DNA of 64,000 nucleotides, from positions 24,022-88,021 of the forward strand of contig CAZGQK010000002.1 in NCBI GenBank assembly GCA_964527645.1, in the 5' to 3' direction. Positions 39,507-47,437 of the stretch are shown here, piece after piece. The stretch's first letter is position 1, and each line of letters opens with the position of its first letter. The stretch is from an uncultured Legionellales bacterium (GTDB lineage Bacteria; Pseudomonadota; Gammaproteobacteria; CAZGQK01). The notes below the pieces were generated by a model. The model did no database searches, was not told the origin of the DNA, and worked only from the letters and a program-made list of their open reading frames with translations. Made by a program: the position numbers and the translations under genes.

Positions 39507-40694
39507 TTAAGCCTCATCTTTAGGCGTTTTCTCTTCTGTCTTTTTTGCCGTGGTTTTTTTCGCAGGTGCTTTTTTAGCTGTGCTTGCCTTGGCTGTGGTT
39601 TTTTTAGCAGCGATTTTTGTCGCTGTGCTTGCCTTGGCCGTGGTTTTTTTCGCAGCCGTTTTTTTCGCTGTGCTTACCTTGGCCGTGGTTTTTTTAGCAG
39701 CGGCTTTTGTTGCTGTGCTTGCCTTGGCCGTGGTTTTTTTCGCAGCCGTTTTTTTCGCTGTGCTTGCCTTGGCCGTGGTTTTTTTACCAACCGTTTTTTT
39801 AGCGGCCGGTTTTTCGGCCTCTTCTTTCTCTACTTTTTTAACCATTTTCACCGTTTTGATTTTTGCTGGCGCTTTTTTCTCTGCTGACGATTCAGCTGCT
39901 TTTGCAGCCGCAGGTTTCCCTGCTTTATCGGCAACTTTCGCAGTAGGCTTTTTCATCACTTTAATAGCAGCCGCCGCTTGTTTAGCCGCTTGTTCCGCTG
40001 CTCTTTGCTCCGGTGTGCCACGCACATCGTTAATCGCTTCGGCAATCGCATGACAATACAAACGAATAGCACGCGCACCGTCATCATTACCCGGCACCAT
40101 ATAATCAATGCCTTCGGGTTTGCCATTAGTATCCACGATCCCAACTACTGGAATTTTTAAACGATTGGCTTCTTGCACCGCAATTTTTTCATGACCCACG
40201 TCAATGATAAAAATAGCATCCGGCAAACCGCCCATATCCTTGATGCCCGACAAGCAAGCGGATAATTTATCTTTTGCCCGCATAATGCTTAATTTTTCTT
40301 TTTTAACTAATTTTTCAAACCGTGGACCTTCGATAGTCTCAGTTAATTCTTGTAATCGTTTAATAGAACGACGAATCGTTTTGTAATTGGTGAGCATGCC
40401 ACCCAACCAACGATAATCGACATAGGGCATGCCACAACGAATCGCTTCTTCGCGCACAATATTGCACGCCGCATGTTTGGTGCCGACAAATAAAATCTTG
40501 CCACCTTTACCCGCTGTATTCGCCAAAAATTGTAGCCCGCGCTTAAACATTGGCAGCGAATATTCTAAATTGATGATATGAAGTTTGTGGTGAATCCCGT
40601 AAATATAAGGTGTCATCTTGGGATTCCAGGACCGAGTCTTGTGTCCAAAATGTACACCGGCCTCGAGCATTTGACGCATGGTCACTTGTTTCAT
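39507..40694 (-). CDS. rpsB: 30S ribosomal protein S2 with ~150-aa Lys/Ala/Thr-rich repetitive C-terminal extension
   Basis: S2 core ([19 protein letters not shown] ... [12 protein letters not shown]) is colinear with the 241-aa E. coli S2. It continues in frame with [10 protein letters not shown]...([15 protein letters not shown])n...[10 protein letters not shown]. Start set at [10 protein letters not shown] (40694), preceded by GAGGAG. Confidence 0.93.
   Translation of the reverse strand: MKQVTMRQMLEAGVHFGHKTRSWNPKMTPYIYGIHHKLHIINLEYSLPMFKRGLQFLANTAGKGGKILFVGTKHAACNIVREEAIRCGMPYVDYRWLGGMLTNYKTIRRSIKRLQELTETIEGPRFEKLVKKEKLSIMRAKDKLSACLSGIKDMGGLPDAIFIIDVGHEKIAVQEANRLKIPVVGIVDTNGKPEGIDYMVPGNDDGARAIRLYCHAIAEAINDVRGTPEQRAAEQAAKQAAAAIKVMKKPTAKVADKAGKPAAAKAAESSAEKKAPAKIKTVKMVKKVEKEEAEKPAAKKTVGKKTTAKASTAKKTAAKKTTAKASTATKAAAKKTTAKVSTAKKTAAKKTTAKASTATKIAAKKTTAKASTAKKAPAKKTTAKKTEEKTPKDEA
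39545..39795. repeat. in-frame 45-bp tandem repeat (about 5.5 copies, 90-bp higher order) encoding the S2 tail
   Basis: The plus strand reads GCTGTGCTTGCCTTGGCCGTGGTTTTTTTCGCAGCCGTTTTTTTC reiterated with few substitutions. It encodes TAKASTA(K/T)K(T/A/I)AAKKT units on the minus strand. Confidence 0.9.
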
Positions 40695-40862
40695 TGCTTT
40701 CTCCTCAGGGTTAAGCCTCCACACGCCCAAAACCTTGACCCAAAGGGCACCCCAAGCTTTTGTTGTCGACATGTGTGTGTCGTTTCGTTAATAACATTTG
40801 CTAAATCTAGCGCTGCTTTATACCATAGATGGCCAACAACAACAACGCAAGCAGGAAAACTC

Positions 40863-41651
40863 ATGGCCGTTGACATTAAAAGTCCAGAAGATATCGTGAA
40901 AATGCGTGCTGCCGGACGCCTAGCTGCCGAAGTCTTGCAGATGATTGGCCCACACGTACAGGCGGGCATCACCACTGAAGAATTGGATCAAATCTGCCAC
41001 GACTACATTATCGACAAAGACGCCATTCCTGCACCATTAAATTACCGCGGGTTCCCCAAGTCCATCTGCACCTCCATCAACCAAGTGGTTTGTCACGGCA
41101 TCCCGGGGCCAAAAAAGCTCAAAGATGGTGATATCATTAATATAGATGTCACGGTAATCAAGGATGGTTTTCACGGTGATACCAGCAAAATGTTTTTTAT
41201 CGGCAAGACCCTACCCATCGCCCAGAAGCTTGCTCGAGTAACGCAAGAATGCCTCTATCTCGGCATCCGCCTGGTCAAACCCGGCACACAACTCGGCGAT
41301 ATCGGCGCCACCATCCAAAAACACGCCCATAAAAACGGCTTCTCCGTAGTGCATGAATACTGCGGCCACGGCTTAGGACGCCAGTTTCACGAACAACCCC
41401 AAGTGCTACATTACGGCACCAGCGGCACCGGCATGGCATTGGAGACCGGCATGACGTTTACCATCGAGCCAATGATCAACTTGGGCAAACGTCACATCAA
41501 ACAACTCGGCGATGGCTGGACGGTGATCACCAAAGATCGCCGCTTATCCGCGCAATGGGAACATTCCCTAGCCGTCACCGCAGATGGCGTGGAAGTGCTA
41601 ACTCTGCGTGATGATGAAAACTTAGAGACCATCTTTAAGCAGAGTTTTTAG
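40863..41651 (+). CDS. map: type I methionine aminopeptidase
   Basis: MAVDIKSPEDIVKMRAAGRLAAEVL, VCHGIPG, DIINIDVT, HEYCGHG; 262 aa. The track ORF has a spurious 95-codon 5' extension antisense to rpsB. Confidence 0.95.
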   Translation: MAVDIKSPEDIVKMRAAGRLAAEVLQMIGPHVQAGITTEELDQICHDYIIDKDAIPAPLNYRGFPKSICTSINQVVCHGIPGPKKLKDGDIINIDVTVIKDGFHGDTSKMFFIGKTLPIAQKLARVTQECLYLGIRLVKPGTQLGDIGATIQKHAHKNGFSVVHEYCGHGLGRQFHEQPQVLHYGTSGTGMALETGMTFTIEPMINLGKRHIKQLGDGWTVITKDRRLSAQWEHSLAVTADGVEVLTLRDDENLETIFKQSF

Positions 41652-41673
41652 GCACGCTTTTTCAACCCCCCAT

Positions 41674-41862
41674 TCGCTATCCTGCGACTTGATTCGGGAT
41701 CCAAAATTTTGCCTACCTTCCTGGATCCCGTGGTTAAACCACGGGATGACGGTCAGAAGATGGATGGGGCACCAAATCCGCCTTAAAACCACCTTCGTCA
41801 TCCCGCAACTTGATTTGGGATCCCCCCCCCACCACCATCCTCCGCGCAGGCGGGGGATGCAG
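41674..41862. repeat. cluster of four REP/MITE-like palindromic units
   Basis: TCGCTATCCTGCGACTTGATTCGGGATCC; CTGGATCCCGTGGTTAAACCACGGGATGACGG; TTCGTCATCCCGCAACTTGATTTGGGATCC (followed by a C9 run); CACCATCCTCCGCGCAGGCGGGGGATGCAG. Confidence 0.8.
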
Positions 41863-41983
41863 AGTCTAGCCAAGAGCAACACCACCCAAGCCATAGCCAT
41901 GGCTAAACCTTAAGAAAAAATTAATAATATGAATTATTTTCATATCTTATATGATTGGCTTAATTATTTAACAAAAAGTAATT

Positions 41984-42067
41984 CACAGTCCGACAGGAAG
42001 TCCCCGAATAAACTTAGCCGCACCCAATGGGTGCTGAATTTATAGTATTAACGATAGGGGAAATAGT
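41984..42067 (+). promoter_or_regulatory. conserved leader/promoter cassette, copy 1
   Basis: CACAGTCCGACAGGAAGTCCCCGAATAAACTTAGCCGCACCCAATGGGTGCTGAATTTATAGTATTAACGATAGGGGAAATAGT directly abutting the ATG at 42068. Identical to copy 3 except for a 1-nt indel. Confidence 0.75.
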
Positions 42068-44206
42068 ATGCTAGCAGATGCAAAAACACCGCTTCTTACA
42101 GAAAATGACGTAGTCATAACAATCGACAATAGATTTATTCCGGAATCAAGCTGTCCACGGTTTTTGGAACTGGCTGAGGCCTCTACTATTCGCACAGCAA
42201 CCAGTGGAGATTTTTTAGTTAAAAAAAATTCTTCGGATAATCTAACTATCTATGAAGTCGTTGGCTCTGAAAAAGCCCTAGTGATATTAGATAGTGACGA
42301 TGAAGTTGAATTCTATGCTGTGCCTGAAAATTTCGATGGCCCCACCTTTACCACACGTAAGAAAGCCGCTGACCACATCAACGAAATAGCTAAAAAGAAT
42401 AGGTTACCACAGCAAAGCGCCATTTCTAGCGATATCAGCGCACTTCTCTCGGCATCAGGTCCAACAATAGAACTCTTTGTCACGTTGACAGTCATGGTCA
42501 ATGTGTATCGCGCACTAGTCAACGGTGAAAAAAATACTGAGATAACAGGCAATGCTTATTTAATTTTGACAGCTTTTACCTTATTTTATTGGCCTATTAA
42601 ATGGTTACAAACATCAGCAAATTTGGGTGTTCGTTCCGGTGTTTCACCAAAACTATTAAAGTATCAGTGCATGGTAATGTTTATTAGTGCTATTATTCCG
42701 TTCCGTGAATTTTTGACTGATTTCACAGCACTAACAGCAGCTGGATTTGAACACGGCCTTCTGAAACCCCATAATAACACCTCTAGCACCAACGAAAATG
42801 ACCCCAAGCAGATAGCCTTATTGATGATATTTGTATTGTTATCGGCAACTCGACTCTTAAAAATTGCTCTTGCAGATATGGCCAATGTCTTTAGAAATTC
42901 TGGACATCCTGTCGCGCAACGGACTCCAAATCCATTGAGAACATTTATGAGTAAAGTGCTTCATTTGGTTGTCGATCGACCGATGGGATTTTTGATGCTA
43001 ATGACTTACCTTGCCGCTTGGTTAAATATTCCTATGTTGCGCTATTATGTCGGAGACACCGCCGCACCAGCGTGTGCTAATATGACCAGTGGAAAAGAAG
43101 CATCACTGCCAAATCAATGGGGGCTTCTCGTAGCCTCAATGGGTGGCGTTTTGTTCGGCCCAGGTGAATATTTTCTATTAACGCTTGGGCATAGCCCGTG
43201 GCTTCGTAAAGCATTAGAGACTATGTTTCCTAATCCCCATAAACATCATAATTATTTAAAAAGCATTGGTGATTTCACTGATCGAACCGGCCCAATCTAT
43301 AAAATGATGGACTACTCTACCAAATTACAATTACGAATTCTTAGATTGCTGTGTATTTTTAATGGAAAAAACCCCATTGCAGAGCGAATGAAACTGCATC
43401 ATATACAAAAATCATTGTTTCGTGGTGGCATGTTTCTGGGTGTGGCCGCTCAATTATTTACATTGTTCGTGTTTGGAACGATTGTGTATTGTAGGATTGA
43501 TGAATCAAAGATGCCTGAATTTTTTGCTACACTTGCAACGATGTTAGCTGCCGGTCTTTTCAATGGATATAAAGAGTTTCAAGAACCTGCACGCGAGATG
43601 GTCTTTCAGTTATGTGCAAAACACCCTAGACACATCGGCGTTTACTTTATGTCAGAGGCTGGTCAACAAACATTAACTGAACACTTACATAAAAAAGTAA
43701 AGGCCGATGAAACCCTCACCGACAACGAAATTCTTCTACAGAGTGAGTTAGGCAAACAAACTGATATCATTTTGAGGATAACGAATGAGTTGCCCGATGC
43801 TGGTATTACTAATGCGACAGCTAAGGAATTTATAAACCAAGTGTCAACTGCACTCTCAAACGAGGAAGAAGCTGAGGAGGAGGACGAGAGTGGGAAATTA
43901 TCAAAAATTATCAAAGCGCTGCTGCCCTCTGAAAACGCTGCTTCTGCAAAACGATTAGAAGACCTGTGTGTAGAATATGCAAAGTGCCTAACAACTCTAT
44001 TTGATCTATCTACTAGCGTAGCGGCAGAACAAATGCCAAAACAGTTGTCTGGGCGTTGTGGCATTGTTTCCTGGTTCTCGCCCGATAATAAAGGTGTTCC
44101 CTATAAGGAGGATGGCACTGTAGACCCTGACGAGCTAATCAAGATGCAAATACACCCTGAAACTTCCACTAACGTCATTGCACTTAGTGGCCCGCTAAAT
44201 AAGTAA
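42068..44206 (+). CDS. ORFan polytopic membrane protein (712 aa): soluble N-domain, ~8 TM segments, soluble acidic C-domain
   Basis: Long ORF with SD AGGGGA. Hydrophobic segments occur at about residues 131-151, 160-180, 198-226, 247-268, 303-322, 349-372, 450-472 and 482-498. The C-terminal ~200 aa are hydrophilic with an EEEAEEEDE block. No family recognised. Confidence 0.75.
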   Translation: MLADAKTPLLTENDVVITIDNRFIPESSCPRFLELAEASTIRTATSGDFLVKKNSSDNLTIYEVVGSEKALVILDSDDEVEFYAVPENFDGPTFTTRKKAADHINEIAKKNRLPQQSAISSDISALLSASGPTIELFVTLTVMVNVYRALVNGEKNTEITGNAYLILTAFTLFYWPIKWLQTSANLGVRSGVSPKLLKYQCMVMFISAIIPFREFLTDFTALTAAGFEHGLLKPHNNTSSTNENDPKQIALLMIFVLLSATRLLKIALADMANVFRNSGHPVAQRTPNPLRTFMSKVLHLVVDRPMGFLMLMTYLAAWLNIPMLRYYVGDTAAPACANMTSGKEASLPNQWGLLVASMGGVLFGPGEYFLLTLGHSPWLRKALETMFPNPHKHHNYLKSIGDFTDRTGPIYKMMDYSTKLQLRILRLLCIFNGKNPIAERMKLHHIQKSLFRGGMFLGVAAQLFTLFVFGTIVYCRIDESKMPEFFATLATMLAAGLFNGYKEFQEPAREMVFQLCAKHPRHIGVYFMSEAGQQTLTEHLHKKVKADETLTDNEILLQSELGKQTDIILRITNELPDAGITNATAKEFINQVSTALSNEEEAEEEDESGKLSKIIKALLPSENAASAKRLEDLCVEYAKCLTTLFDLSTSVAAEQMPKQLSGRCGIVSWFSPDNKGVPYKEDGTVDPDELIKMQIHPETSTNVIALSGPLNK

Positions 44207-44243
44207 CAGCAGCATACAAGTTGTCTTAAACATAACTAGAGAA

Positions 44244-44267
44244 ATACCCCCCTCCGGCGGGGGGTAT
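44244..44267 (+). terminator. GC hairpin downstream of the 712-aa ORF (ATACCCCCC-TCCGGC-GGGGGGTAT)
   Basis: Perfect 9-bp stem followed by TTT then A-rich sequence. Confidence 0.5.
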
Positions 44268-44321
44268 TTAAAAAATTATTTGATAACACAACAGCAGACA
44301 AGATCTCGATATATTGATCTT

Positions 44322-44395
44322 CACAGTCCGACAGGAAGTCCCCAAATAAATTTCACCGCACCCAGATGGGTGCTAACTCAGAGTTATTATCAATT
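44322..44395 (+). promoter_or_regulatory. conserved leader/promoter cassette, copy 2 (diverged 3' part)
   Basis: CACAGTCCGACAGGAAGTCCCCAAATAAATTTCACCGCACCCAGATGGGTGCTAAC... The 5' ~55 nt match copies 1 and 3 with a few substitutions. The palindrome arms GCACCCA/TGGGTGC are kept and the spacer is changed. Confidence 0.65.
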
Positions 44396-44963
44396 ATGCA
44401 TGAAAATTTCACCGTAATAATGTTTACAGAATACCGCAGAGTAAAAGGCGGGATAGACCCTTTAAAAGCCCTTAAGCTATTAGGGCCATTTACGGTATCC
44501 ACCTGCACGCGCCATGTATACATACTACATAACCCCACGGAGAAGAAACTAGAACCTATAATTACCTCACTAACACCAACATGCAACTTACAGCGGCAAA
44601 CCGGTCAAGAAGCGTATAAACTTCTACTCATTTGGGCCAGTGGCGGACTCAGCCAAAAAAGAGAATTTTAAGCAAGACTCTCGCGTTGTAGGGCAAATTA
44701 GAGAGGCAATGAACTCTCATGAAAGAAAAACAGCAGAAACATACATCAAGCACAGAAAAGCCTATATGAGTCTGTTTACTTTTTTACTATGTGATATTAA
44801 AAAAATATATGCCGATCGCAATTCTCAGAAATTTCCAAATATTGAAGTAAAAAATAAATTTGTTGTGTCGACAGCAACACAGATTACACAGGAAAGGATG
44901 AAAGACCTTGCAGAAAGAAAAGAAAAACAGTTAACACGCAGTCCACAGAATAGTTGCGCCTAA
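44396..44963 (+). pseudogene. hypothetical gene split into two overlapping reading frames (possible frameshift)
   Basis: The frame starting at ATG 44396 (by analogy with the other cassettes) stops at 44671. A +1 frame is open from 44574 to 44963. The overlap contains an A6 run (44655-44660). No family recognised. Confidence 0.35.
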
Positions 44964-45000
44964 AGAACCTCCAAAAGCCAGGCCACAGATAAAAATAAAA

Positions 45001-45150
45001 CCACCGCCATCCTCCGCGAAGGCGGTGAATCCAGGAAACTATAACCCCCCCATGTACCGCGATTTATTTGCAGTATCCATGCACCGCCCAGGACCCGGGA
45101 TTACAAAAATGACAAGGATTTTTTTTCGTCATCCTCCGCCCCCCCACAAA
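45001..45150. repeat. REP/MITE-like palindromic units (partly degenerate)
   Basis: CCGCCATCCTCCGCGAAGGCGGTGAATCCAGG and TTCGTCATCCTCCGCCCCCCC..., the same family as 41674-41862. They are followed by a very AT-rich spacer. Confidence 0.7.
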
Positions 45151-45398
45151 GGCGCGCGCAAATAATATAAATAATATTTATCCTGTTTATCCTTTTTTTT
45201 AATTATCAATTATTTTAATCACCAATCAAAAATAAATCATTATCTTTTTAAATAAAACTCGCCTATATTGCCTGGAATCTGCCTATAAAAAATGCATCAA
45301 CAGCTTTATATTAAATATTAATATAAGTTATTTGTGGGTACAGAATAAAAATATAGGAATTATTAAGTAACATTTGAAATTGATTTAATTGATTATTA

Positions 45399-45481
45399 CG
45401 GTCCGACAGGAAGTCCCCGAATAAACTTAGCCGCACCCAAATGGGTGCTGAATTTATAGTATTAACGATAGGGGAAATAGT
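45399..45481 (+). promoter_or_regulatory. conserved leader/promoter cassette, copy 3
   Basis: From GTCCGACAGG to the ATG at 45482 it is identical to copy 1, except the palindrome spacer is AA instead of A. Confidence 0.75.
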
Positions 45482-47215
45482 ATGCACAATAGACTTAATC
45501 CGAAACCTGAGAGTAAACAGCCATTATTATCCAACCGCAGTGATGAAGGCGTCATTACGCGTTGCTTAGAAAATGTAACGACCCCCATGAAAGAGGACGG
45601 ACAGCTTGTTTTTACTATTCAACACACTGGCAACGAAATTCCCATGGCATCAGAAGATGACCTAAAAATAATTCTACTCTCAAGTATTGACGGCACATGG
45701 ACTTTAAATAAAAAAGAGCCAAAAGACCTGGTTTTGCCAGAAATATCGCCAATACTAGTGGAGGTTAATAGGAATCATTTAGCTGGAAAATCAGAAAATG
45801 AAAAAGATCGGGCCAATCAATTAATTGCTCGATTGGCTGTATGGCATGCTAAAGATCGCCAAGCACACGTAATAGACCCAAACTTTCGTTGTTTATCAAA
45901 AAAAACGTTCGACACGGTTAAAACTGCCGGTCATGTCGTTGCAGAAGGCTGGCTAAAACCCCTAGGCTGGTTACTTGCAATAGTCTATGCCTATCAAAAT
46001 ATATCAGGTAAATTAGCCAAGGAAGGATCAACCACACCTGAACCATACCCTTGGGAAATACTAGCAGCTTATGCTCTTCCTTTTGTTTTATTGGCCTCTC
46101 AATTAACCTTTATTCAAGGAAACTATGCGCGTGGATCCTTCACAGAAGTAAAACCGAAACAAGCTGCACGGGAATATTGGGATCCACAAACAATAATGGC
46201 GTTACTGCATAAAGAATTTGGCTTTTATGTGGATTTTAACGATGCTGAAACTAGGATAAAAACTGATCGACAAGACATCCCAGCCCTCTGGCTAGAGCCT
46301 AACCATCCGGCCGCGATAAAAGTAGCACGAAGCAGCCGTCTAAACATTGCCGCAGTTGCCGTCACTGAGACAGGTGATGGGGTCGCACTTGCGGTAGTGC
46401 TCGGTAGCCCCATGCTTTCAAAGTTAGGCCCAGTTCCAGCTACGATTATCACAACCATTATTGGCATGCTCGGTGGCGCTGGTGTTAAGGCTGTTGCCGC
46501 TATAGCAAACTCTACCGGTCAGCATTTTACGCTACAAGATGGGGAATATTATTTCAATACTGGGGAGAGACATACCCCTGCGAAGGATCGAAATCCTCAG
46601 GTTATGGGAGGGCCTCTTAAGATGGCACCGCTCTTAACCGTGGCACTACCACTATTATTTAGCGGAGCTCACGCGGCATCAATCCACAATTTGGGCTTAA
46701 CCAGAGAGTTGACGCTCCAACTAATGGCATTGGTCATTCCGGGAAGTCAAATAAAAACCTCTTTATACGATATACCAAGAATAGGTGTAGCTTTAGATGT
46801 TTCCGCAAAAGCCATGGAAGAAACCCCCTACTCCTCAATGAAGGCCGGCAACTCCTCAGCACAACAGCGCACCTGGAAGGATAAGGTAGCGAAAGCCCTG
46901 AGCCTAACTTGGATGCTGCCAAATGAGAATGCAGCAGAATGGAAACATAATCTAGTGATATTCTTAGCAATATCTTCCTACGCACCGGGCCTCTTTGCCC
47001 TTGCCTTTGAAAGTACACTAAACGTAGGTAAACACCTTGTTTTTCCTATGCTACCAGAATTATTAGCAACAGCATTCGAAAGCCTGGCGCCCAACATTTT
47101 ACCAGGGCCTATACTTTCTCAAGCAGGCTTTTTTTCCGCTGTAGTTGGCGCTACCGTAGCATGTCCTCAAAGCCATCAACTATACAAAGTACTAAGAAAT
47201 CGCCAAGTTCAATAA
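45482..47215 (+). CDS. ORFan polytopic membrane protein (577 aa): soluble N-domain followed by multiple TM segments
   Basis: Same SD and leader as the 712-aa ORF. Hydrophobic segments occur at about residues 158-175, 190-212, 287-343, 381-421, 489-510 and 546-560. It shares only a short N-terminal K-x-PLL-[TS] motif with the 712-aa protein. Confidence 0.75.
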   Translation: MHNRLNPKPESKQPLLSNRSDEGVITRCLENVTTPMKEDGQLVFTIQHTGNEIPMASEDDLKIILLSSIDGTWTLNKKEPKDLVLPEISPILVEVNRNHLAGKSENEKDRANQLIARLAVWHAKDRQAHVIDPNFRCLSKKTFDTVKTAGHVVAEGWLKPLGWLLAIVYAYQNISGKLAKEGSTTPEPYPWEILAAYALPFVLLASQLTFIQGNYARGSFTEVKPKQAAREYWDPQTIMALLHKEFGFYVDFNDAETRIKTDRQDIPALWLEPNHPAAIKVARSSRLNIAAVAVTETGDGVALAVVLGSPMLSKLGPVPATIITTIIGMLGGAGVKAVAAIANSTGQHFTLQDGEYYFNTGERHTPAKDRNPQVMGGPLKMAPLLTVALPLLFSGAHAASIHNLGLTRELTLQLMALVIPGSQIKTSLYDIPRIGVALDVSAKAMEETPYSSMKAGNSSAQQRTWKDKVAKALSLTWMLPNENAAEWKHNLVIFLAISSYAPGLFALAFESTLNVGKHLVFPMLPELLATAFESLAPNILPGPILSQAGFFSAVVGATVACPQSHQLYKVLRNRQVQ

Positions 47216-47229
47216 AAATAGCAATAAAA

Positions 47230-47282
47230 AATGCCCCCCAATCAGCGGGGGCATTACAAACTTCGCACCTTTAGGTGCGAAG
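47230..47282 (+). terminator. two consecutive hairpins downstream of the 577-aa ORF
   Basis: AATGCCCCC-CAATCAGC-GGGGGCATT (47230-47255) and CTTCGCACC-TTTA-GGTGCGAAG (47261-47282). Confidence 0.5.
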
Positions 47283-47437
47283 ATTGTGTTTGACTACTCA
47301 GTGGCTTGCCGCTGAGATTTCTTAGGTAAAAAAAACCATAGCCACAACGCCCAAATTTGACTTTTTTTAGACCCTACGGCAAACTCAGCTACGCTCGGGC
47401 CGATGGGGCTCGCAAACTAACGCTTAAGGATTAACGG

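Noticed and set aside
39545-39795. Regular 45-bp periodic repeat that could superficially resemble a CRISPR-like array.
   Set aside because: There are no unique spacers. The units are contiguous and in frame inside rpsB, so it is a coding tandem repeat.
39550-40053. 167-aa plus-strand ORF rich in Val/Phe/Ala, antisense to the rpsB tail.
   Set aside because: It is the mirror image of the Lys/Ala/Thr repeat (AAA/GCN codons read backwards). The minus-strand frame is contiguous with a bona fide S2 core, so this is a shadow ORF.
41984-42067. Tested the cassette for known boxes: PmrA (TTAATATT-N2-TTAATATT direct repeat), sigma54 (GG-N10-GC), sigma28, sigma32 and sigmaE consensus.
   Set aside because: No convincing match in sequence or spacing. 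Only a TATAGT -10-like hexamer and the palindrome are solid, so the regulator is left unassigned.
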